From Myxococcota bacterium (GTDB lineage Bacteria; Myxococcota_A; UBA9160; SZUA-336): a DNA stretch of 64,000 nt. This document shows, one piece after another, positions 57,502-64,000 of this stretch. The stretch is from positions 1,856,001-1,920,000 of the forward strand of contig CBDFGR010000003.1 of the NCBI GenBank assembly GCA_965247115.1, in the 5' to 3' direction. The number at the start of each line of letters is the position of its first letter. The first letter of the stretch is position 1. Under the pieces are notes generated by a model. It was given only the letters and a program-made list of their open reading frames with translations. It did not search any database and was not told the origin of the DNA. Position numbers and translations under genes: made by a program.

Positions 57502-57631
57502 CTTGTGGGGACCCGGCGCGCGAGCGGTCCTCCCGCGGGTCATCGACCTGCGGGCCGCTGACGGCCACCCACCTTCGCTCAGGCCTACGGCCTTCGCTGC
57601 ACGCGCCGCTTTGCGGCGCTTACAGGATGCC
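57502..57631 (-). repeat. REP-like element copy with insertion
   Basis: CTTGTGGGGACCCGGCGCGCGAGCGG...CCACCCACCTTCGCTCAGGCCTACGGCCTTCGCTGC. Confidence 0.8.
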
Positions 57632-57688
57632 TTCTCGTTGCGGGGATTCCGGGGATCTGCGCAGAATGATGGGGAGAAGGAGGTCACG

Positions 57689-58276
57689 ATGCAGCGCATT
57701 TCTGCTCTCGAGCGCGAAGAGCTTGCGGAGTTTGAGTCCTATTTTGAGCTCGTGGAAGGGACTATGGGGTTCGTGCCGAACAGCATGTTCACCATGGGCC
57801 GTCGACCGGAAATCCTGCGCGGCTTCGTGGAGCTGGCGGGCAGCGTGCTCGGTCCTGGCCAGATCGGTGGCGAGCTCAAGCAGCTCGTGGCGTTCGTCGC
57901 CAGCAACGCGGCGGGCTGCCGCTACTGCCAGGCGCACACCTCACACAACGCCGTCCGCCAGGGGGCTTCCGTGGAGAAGCTGCTCGCGGCCTTTGATTTC
58001 GCCACGAACGACCTGTTCAGTGAGGCCGAACGCGCCGCACTGCGTCTCGCGAACGACGCCGCGATCGTCCCGAACGCGGTTTCGGGCGCGCACTTCGAGG
58101 GCCTGCAGAAGCACTTTACGCCGGAGCAGATCGTCGAGCTCGTCGCCGTCGTGAGCCTGTTCGGCTTCCTCAACCGCTGGAACGACACCATCGCGACGAC
58201 CTTAGAGCAACCGGCTCTGTCCTTCGCGAGTGGCACCCTCTCTGAAAAGGGCTGGCGGCCAGACAAGCACGTCTAG
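57689..58276 (+). CDS. Carboxymuconolactone decarboxylase/AhpD family protein
   Basis: GFVPNS, ELKQLVA, CRYCQAH, ERAAL, FLNRWND; AAGGAGG RBS. Confidence 0.88.
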   Translation: MQRISALEREELAEFESYFELVEGTMGFVPNSMFTMGRRPEILRGFVELAGSVLGPGQIGGELKQLVAFVASNAAGCRYCQAHTSHNAVRQGASVEKLLAAFDFATNDLFSEAERAALRLANDAAIVPNAVSGAHFEGLQKHFTPEQIVELVAVVSLFGFLNRWNDTIATTLEQPALSFASGTLSEKGWRPDKHV

Positions 58277-58282
58277 AGCTGC

Positions 58283-58744
58283 CTAGCCTGCCTCGCGTTC
58301 GGCTTTGGCGTCGGGGTCGGGGCGCACCGGATGCCGGAACGGAATGTCGGGGTCGTCGAGGATCATCTGCTGCGCGCGCCGGTTCTCCACGTTGACGACC
58401 ACCGGCGCGCGCAGGTTCGCGCTCAGGTTCGAGCCCTCTACGGTGAGGATCACGAACACAATCACGTCCCGCGGGTCGCCGGTCTCCTTCTGCCAGCCTA
58501 GAAAGGCCAGCACAGGCTCGGGAATTTCCAGCCCGTAGGACAGCAGGATCTGCTCCGGCTCGACAACAAGGAAGGCGACCTCTGGCCGGTCGACGCACTG
58601 GAGCCACTTCAACGGGGTAACCGTATCGTGGTCCATCACGACGAACTCCGTGCACTCCGGGAACCCTGGCAGCCCTCTCGGAAAGTGGATGATCCTGGCC
58701 TCGTCCACTTCGACCTCGCCGAATCGAGGCGACTCGAATCTCAT
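58283..58744 (-). CDS. fliW: Flagellar assembly factor FliW
   Basis: RFGEVEV, FPRGLPGF, WLQ, ANLRAPVVVN; adjacent to csrA. Confidence 0.92.
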   Translation of the reverse strand: MRFESPRFGEVEVDEARIIHFPRGLPGFPECTEFVVMDHDTVTPLKWLQCVDRPEVAFLVVEPEQILLSYGLEIPEPVLAFLGWQKETGDPRDVIVFVILTVEGSNLSANLRAPVVVNVENRRAQQMILDDPDIPFRHPVRPDPDAKAEREAG

Positions 58745-58992
58745 CACTTCCCCTTCCGTCTGCGCCCGCTCGAGGTGCTCCACAGCTCGGCGGGATCACC
58801 CTCGGTGTGCTGGAGAGCGGCCTTTCGGTTCTCCCGCTGGACGAGCTCGTAGACCTCTTCGCGATGCACCGGGACCTCCCGCGGCGCGTCGATGGCGATC
58901 TTGACCTGGCCGCGCTGGATCTCGATTACGAGCACGGAGATCTCGTCGCCGATGCGGATCGACTCCCCGGGTCTCCGCGTGAGAACGAGCAC
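58744..58992 (-). CDS. csrA: Carbon storage regulator
   Basis: MLVLTRRPGESIRIG...IDAPREVPVHREE. Confidence 0.95.
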   Translation of the reverse strand: MLVLTRRPGESIRIGDEISVLVIEIQRGQVKIAIDAPREVPVHREEVYELVQRENRKAALQHTEGDPAELWSTSSGRRRKGK

Positions 58993-58995
58993 GGC

Positions 58996-59962
58996 CTAGC
59001 GGAGGAAGTCGAGGAGGCTCGGTTGGAGGACGCGTGCGGTCACGGCGAGCGATGCCTGATAGATGTTCTCCTGCTGCGCCAGCTCGGTGGACGCGGCGAT
59101 GAGATCGATGTCTTCGAGACTCGAGCGCTCCGCTTCATGGATGATCTCCAGCGACTGGAGCTGGGAGTCGGTGATGTCGAGCCGATTCAGGTTGGCCCCG
59201 ATCCGTCCCCGAAGCTGCAGCACCTGGTTCAGCGCTAGGTCGAAGTCGTCGATGACCTCGGCGACGCCGGGCACCGCAAATGCCGGGTTCGTCGGATCCT
59301 CGAGCCGGTTCCGGAACTCGCGCACCAGGTCGAAGAGGTTGACGCGGCCCGGGTCGGTCCCGGCGGGGGCAGCGAAGTCGCCTTCGAAGATCGCTGCACC
59401 CGGCACGCTGACGTCGATGGTGGTGGCCTCGCCGATCTGAACCCGTACCACGCCTGAGTCCCCGGAGTACACGACGTTGGGATCGGGCGTCACCTCGTCC
59501 ACCACGCCGTCCACGAAATTCCCGACCTTCGTAAAGGGTGAGGAGTCCGTCGTGAAGCCGCCGAACAGGAAGCCGTGCGTTGTCCGCGTGTTCGCGAGCT
59601 GCAGCAGCTCGTCGTAGAGCTGCTCGACCTCTGGCTTGATCAGATCGAACTGCGGCTCCTCGATATCGGCGCTCACTGCGAGCTCGCGCAGCCGCGTGAG
59701 GACGTCGCTCACGGATGCGAGCACGGACTCCGTGGGCTCGAGGCGCGCGCGCGGACTCGATGTTGCGGCGGAACTGCTCCACACGCGCGCTCGCGCTCCG
59801 CAGGTCGAGTACCCGCGCTGCATCGCTGGGAGCATCTGCCACCGAGAGGATTCGTTTTCCCGAGCCGATCTCCGCCTGGATCTGCGCCAGAGAGAAGCGG
59901 TTCAGGCGCGCATTGCGGACCGCGCTGTGGAATAAGGTGGCGTCGCTGATTCGGAAGGGCAT
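58996..59962 (-). CDS. flgL: Hook-associated protein 3, frameshifted at a (GC)5 tract (59743-59752)
   Basis: N-terminus (GSGKRI...DAPSDAA) and C-terminus (FLFGG...QPSLLDFLR) lie in different frames; (GC)6 restores a 322-aa ORF. Confidence 0.85.
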
Positions 59963-59971
59963 AAGGGCTCT

Positions 59972-61516
59972 CTAGACCATGTTGATCAGGAACTCGAGCA
60001 GAGTGTTTGTTTCCTGGATGATCCGGGCTGACGCCTGGTAGGCGCGCTCGAAGCGAATCAGGTTCGCGATCTCCTCGTCTAGCGAAACGCCAGAGACGGA
60101 GGCGCGGCGCTGCTCCAGCTCGGCGACCACGAGCTCTTCTTGGACGAGCGCCCGACGAGCGCCCTGGAGATCGCTCCCGAGCCTTCCGGAGATCGAAGTG
60201 AAGAAGCTGTCCAGCGTCTGGGCGCTCCCCCCCGGCACAATGCCGGGCGGGATCTCGAGCCCCGTCGCCGGATCCCGCGTGAGCTGAAAGAAGCCCGAGC
60301 TGTCCAGCTCGACGGCCGCCAGATCGAGCGCGTTCTGGTTGTCCCCCGCGGCCGCTCCCGCTCCCCCGACGCTCACCGCGCCCGCTGCGATGTGACGAGT
60401 GTCGGCCAGGATGTCCGCGTGGATCGCTATGGTGGCCGCGGCGCCACCGATCAGCACAAAGTCGGCACCTTCCGGTGTCGCAACCTGGGTCCTGTCGATG
60501 AAGAAGCGTCGGGACTGGTTGTCGACAAGGCCGAAGGCGTCGCCGGGAGGTGGCGCCGGCAGCGGGCCGAAGTGCTCGTCGTTGATGCGGCGGGCGAGGG
60601 TGAAAGTGAACTCGTCGAGCGAGTCGCGGTAGGACTGAATACGGTTGTCGCGGAGGTCGATGGCCCCACCCATCGTCCCTCCGAGAATCCGGGACGTGAT
60701 GGGCCCGCCGACCGATCCTGCGAGATCGTAGAATATGTCGAAGAAGACCGGGTTTCCGGGAGCTCCTGGCTGCACCTGGAGCTTCGCCGACACGTCGTCG
60801 TCGACCAGCACCGCGCCGCTTCCCACGAAGACCGAGACCTGACCATCTGTCTTCTCAAAGAGCGTGAAGTCGACGTGTTCGGCCAGCTTGGCAAGAAGTG
60901 CAGCACGCCGATCTCGAAGCGCGCTCGCTTCAGTTCCGTTCTGGCTGTTCTCGAGGCGGAAGATCTGGCCGTTCAGCTGTGCGAGATCCGCCGCAATGCC
61001 ATTCACCTCGGTGGCCGATTGCTGCAGCTGATTGTTGGCGTCGATCTGTCGTTGAGCGAGGCGCCTGTCGGCGTCCTGGATGAGACCGATCAGGTTCTGG
61101 CCGGCCTGCAGCACGGACTCGCGGGCAGTCGAGTCTGCGGGGTTGTTCGCCAGATCGCCAAGGCTTGCGAAGAGCTCGCTCAACGCGGCGCTGATGCCAG
61201 TGCCCCCCAGCTCCTCGAAGATTCCCTCGATGCTGGTGAGACCGCGCTCGATCTCCGTGTCGTAGGAGAGCTCCTGCCGTTCTCGTTGGAGCTGCAGGTC
61301 GATCGTCGCGTCCACCACGCGCTGGATCGATTCGATGCTGGCGCCGCCACCAACGGGAAGTCCTCCGGAGGTGGACGGGATCGGCGTGAAGATGGGGCGC
61401 AGGCGTGTGTAGCCAGGGGTGTTGACGTTCCCGATGTTGTTGCTGGTGACGGCCAGCGCTTTCGACTGAGCGAGCAGGCTCGACCGCGCGCTGTTGAAGG
61501 CGGAGAGGATAGACAC
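59972..61516 (-). CDS. flgK: Hook-associated protein 1
   Basis: SNNIGNVNTPGYTR, LRDRR, SGVSLDEE, AYQASAR. Confidence 0.93.
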   Translation of the reverse strand: MSILSAFNSARSSLLAQSKALAVTSNNIGNVNTPGYTRLRPIFTPIPSTSGGLPVGGGASIESIQRVVDATIDLQLQRERQELSYDTEIERGLTSIEGIFEELGGTGISAALSELFASLGDLANNPADSTARESVLQAGQNLIGLIQDADRRLAQRQIDANNQLQQSATEVNGIAADLAQLNGQIFRLENSQNGTEASALRDRRAALLAKLAEHVDFTLFEKTDGQVSVFVGSGAVLVDDDVSAKLQVQPGAPGNPVFFDIFYDLAGSVGGPITSRILGGTMGGAIDLRDNRIQSYRDSLDEFTFTLARRINDEHFGPLPAPPPGDAFGLVDNQSRRFFIDRTQVATPEGADFVLIGGAAATIAIHADILADTRHIAAGAVSVGGAGAAAGDNQNALDLAAVELDSSGFFQLTRDPATGLEIPPGIVPGGSAQTLDSFFTSISGRLGSDLQGARRALVQEELVVAELEQRRASVSGVSLDEEIANLIRFERAYQASARIIQETNTLLEFLINMV

Positions 61517-61517
61517 C

Positions 61518-62036
61518 CTACACCTCCTTGCGGATGCTCATCGCCTCGGTGCGAGCACTCTGTTCGAAGCGACCGGCGGCGTTGTACGTGCCAGGATCCG
61601 GAGTGCGCATGGACTGGATGAGGGAGAGCAGACCCCGAATGCCCAGGATGGACTGCTCCAGAAAGCCCTTGCTCACCGCGACGAGCTCTCCCAGGCTCGC
61701 TACGACGGCGCGCAACTTGTCAGCGGCCTCGTCGAGTCCCACGGCGTCCTCGCCCAGCAGGGGCGAGATCCGCGCTACGCGCAGCTCGTCCGGCTGCAGC
61801 CCGAGGCGCTGACCGATCCGCTCGGTCAGGCTCTGGCGCACCTGCTCCAGAGCCTGAAAGCGCACCACGCGCTCCTCCTTGTGACGGTTGCTCTCTTCGA
61901 GCCCCTCGACGTCTTGCTTGATGATGCGCTCCTGGTCCTCCTGGAGCGCCAGCACGAGCTGTTTCACGAGCAGCGTCTCCTGCTCGAGCACGTCGATCAG
62001 CTCGATGACGCTGGCCCTCACTGCGACGTCTCCCAC
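61518..62036 (-). CDS. flgN: Flagellar export chaperone FlgN
   Basis: Helical protein upstream of flgK with a C-terminal TYNAAG motif. Confidence 0.75.
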   Translation of the reverse strand: MGDVAVRASVIELIDVLEQETLLVKQLVLALQEDQERIIKQDVEGLEESNRHKEERVVRFQALEQVRQSLTERIGQRLGLQPDELRVARISPLLGEDAVGLDEAADKLRAVVASLGELVAVSKGFLEQSILGIRGLLSLIQSMRTPDPGTYNAAGRFEQSARTEAMSIRKEV

Positions 62037-62317
62037 TGACGCAGCAGCTGCTTCGCGAGGCCGAAGCTCCCTGCCTCTGCGGCGCGCCGAGCGAGCGCAT
62101 CATCCAGAATGGCTTCATAGCTCTTCGCGGTGGAGCTCGTGAAGAGCCCGCCCGAGCTGATGCCCTTTCGCATCTCGGTGAGGAGCATCTTCAGCATGTA
62201 GGACTCGAACTCCTTTGCCGCGGCGGCGTCGCGCAGACGAGGATCGGGCTGTGAGGCGAGCCCCGGCCTCGCGGCCGCGAGATCGAGGGCGTTCAGGCTC
62301 TCAAGCAACTGGTCCAA
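62018..62317 (-). CDS. flgJ: Short FlgJ-like rod-binding protein (no muramidase domain)
   Basis: AAKEFESYML...EMRK...GLF...GLAKQLLRQ. Confidence 0.8.
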   Translation of the reverse strand: MDQLLESLNALDLAAARPGLASQPDPRLRDAAAAKEFESYMLKMLLTEMRKGISSGGLFTSSTAKSYEAILDDALARRAAEAGSFGLAKQLLRQWETSQ

Positions 62318-62336
62318 GGTATACGCTCCCGCAGAT

Positions 62337-62364
62337 TCATCGGCCCGGCCTGCCGGAATCTTGA
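62337..62364 (-). promoter_or_regulatory. Candidate sigma28 (FliA) promoter
   Basis: Minus strand TCAAG-N15-GCCGATGA, similar to the TAAA-N15-GCCGATAA consensus. Confidence 0.65.
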
Positions 62365-62377
62365 CGTGGACTTCTGC

Positions 62378-63478
62378 TCAGATGATCCGCAGCTCAGCCA
62401 GCAGAACGCCTGCTGCCCTCATTGCCTGCAGAATTGCGATCAGGTCGCGTGGGCTGGCGCCAAGCGAGTTCAGCGTACGCACCAGCTCTCCGATGGCTGC
62501 TCCCTGAACGAGCATCAGGTTCGACCCCCGCTCCTGCACCACGATCTCGTCGTTCTCGAACTCGACCGTAGTCCCCGTCTCCGAGAAGGGAGTGGGCTGC
62601 GAGACGTTCGTGCGCGCCGAGATCTGGACGGAGAGGTTCCCGTGAGAGATCGCGACGGCTGAGATGCGAACGTCTGCGCCGATGACCACAGTCCCCGTTC
62701 GCTCGTTGAGCACGACCCGGGCGATGCGACCGGGCTCGACCTCAATTTCCTCGACCTGCGCGAGAAACGGTACGGCGTGCTTCTGGTAGCGCTCAGGGAC
62801 CTTGATCTGGACGGAGCCCGCGTCCGTAGCGTGTGCCGTCTCCTCGCCGAACCTCTCGTTGAGGGACACGGCAATGCGCGCCGCGGTCGTGAAGTCCTTC
62901 TCGTGTAGCAGCAGGCGAATCTCTTGACGATCATCGAACGGAACCACGAGCTCCCGCTCGACGATGGCGGCATGGGGGATGCGGCCGACGGTGGGGTGGT
63001 TCTGCTGGACTCGATCGCCCTGATTGCTAGAAACCGAGAAGCCCCCGATCGAGATGGCCCCCTGCGCGAGCGCGTACACCTCTCCGTCCACGCCGAGCAG
63101 GGTCGTTGCGAGCAGCGTTCCCCCCTGCAGATTCGACGAGTCCCCAATCGACGACACGGTCACGTCCACGGTCTCCCCGATACGCGCAAACGGCGGGAGA
63201 TCCGCGGTTACCATGACCGCGGCTACGTTCGTGACGCTGACCTCGTCGGGATCGACGACGATGCCGAGCTTTGCCAGGAAGCCGGCGAGGGTCTGGTTCG
63301 CGAACAAGCTGGCGCTGCTGTCGCCGGTTCCCTGCAGCCCGACGACGAGCCCGTATCCGATCAGCGGGTTCGAGCGGACTCCCTGCACCTCGGCCAGGTT
63401 CTTGATCTGGATGGCGTTTGCACTCCCGCAGAGGCCGAGAGCCAGGAGAAGCGCCAGGGCGGACAGCGGGAAGCGCAT
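62378..63478 (-). CDS. flgI: Flagellar P-ring protein
   Basis: GVRSNPLIGYGLVVGLQGTGD, NVAAVMVTA, NERTGTVV, LIAILQA. Confidence 0.96.
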   Translation of the reverse strand: MRFPLSALALLLALGLCGSANAIQIKNLAEVQGVRSNPLIGYGLVVGLQGTGDSSASLFANQTLAGFLAKLGIVVDPDEVSVTNVAAVMVTADLPPFARIGETVDVTVSSIGDSSNLQGGTLLATTLLGVDGEVYALAQGAISIGGFSVSSNQGDRVQQNHPTVGRIPHAAIVERELVVPFDDRQEIRLLLHEKDFTTAARIAVSLNERFGEETAHATDAGSVQIKVPERYQKHAVPFLAQVEEIEVEPGRIARVVLNERTGTVVIGADVRISAVAISHGNLSVQISARTNVSQPTPFSETGTTVEFENDEIVVQERGSNLMLVQGAAIGELVRTLNSLGASPRDLIAILQAMRAAGVLLAELRII

Positions 63479-63999
63479 CAGAACGGCAGGATCGCCTGGA
63501 AGAAACGCATCAGCCAGGGCACGCGCTGGTGCTCGCTGACCACGCCCTCACCGCCGTAGTGAATGTCGGCGCTTGCGATCAGGGTGGAGGGGATGGTGTT
63601 GTCGATCCGCACATCTTCTGCCCGGACGTAGCCGGACAGGCGGATGATCTGGGTCTCCCGATTGATCGTCAGGTGGCGCTCGCCCTCGATTCGGAGCAAG
63701 CCCGAATCCGTGACCTCCGTCACCATGCAGGCCACCAGCGTCTCGAAGGAGGCCTCGCGTTTGACGGTTCCCTCGCCCTCGTACTCGGAGCGCGTCTCCG
63801 CGTTGACGATCTCCAGCTCGGTGGTTGGATTCTTGTCGTTGCGTTGATCCGTGAACCCGAGGAAGTTCAGCAGGTTCAAGATCGGTCGCGCGACGATCGT
63901 CTGTAGCGAGATCCCGCTGTCGAGCGTCGCCTCGTAGGACGAGTCGCGCGCGAGCTCCGTGGAGGCTTTATCCTCCGCAACGGCTTGCTCGAGGATCTG
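63478..63999 (-). CDS. flgH: Flagellar L-ring protein (5' end outside window)
   Basis: GLLRIEGER, LSGYVRAEDV, NTIPSTLIASADIHYGG; frame open to the window edge. Confidence 0.9.
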   Translation of the reverse strand, partial: QILEQAVAEDKASTELARDSSYEATLDSGISLQTIVARPILNLLNFLGFTDQRNDKNPTTELEIVNAETRSEYEGEGTVKREASFETLVACMVTEVTDSGLLRIEGERHLTINRETQIIRLSGYVRAEDVRIDNTIPSTLIASADIHYGGEGVVSEHQRVPWLMRFFQAILPF

Positions 64000-64000
64000 G

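Overview
GC-rich bacterial chromosome segment. Gene content (csrA-fliW flagellar cluster, split pntA, LLM oxidoreductases) is compatible with a Myxococcota/Deltaproteobacteria-like lineage, which is inference only. All annotation is by eye from motifs, with no database searches. Left end: a heme-copper oxidase operon (diheme cytochrome c, an unannotated 34-aa gene, coxII, coxI, two short coxIII-like genes, coxIV, a CxxC membrane peptide), divergent from a 3x158-aa repeat membrane protein. Subunit I keeps the A1 GHPEVY motif and D-channel residues but appears to have lost the K-channel residues; this operon is the best candidate for an undescribed system. Middle: cysH, argC, lhr, sppA, a WS/DGAT lacking its catalytic His, sucA, hisS, fabI, egtD, trkH, a UGA/Sec-containing selD with a SECIS-like hairpin, a ParB-like protein, pntAB, a queuosine-salvage hydrolase, peptidases, a haloalkane dehalogenase and two cNMP-domain-fused transporters. 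Right end: flgH-flgI-flgJ-flgN-flgK-flgL-csrA-fliW. Non-coding structure: a dispersed multi-hairpin REP/MITE-like family with compensatory stem changes, including a 76-bp tandem array. Also present are -10 boxes abutting start codons (one pair bidirectional), C-rich/G-poor operon ends, a triplicated stop/start junction and two frameshifts in simple repeats. No rRNA, tRNA, CRISPR or transposase was recognised.
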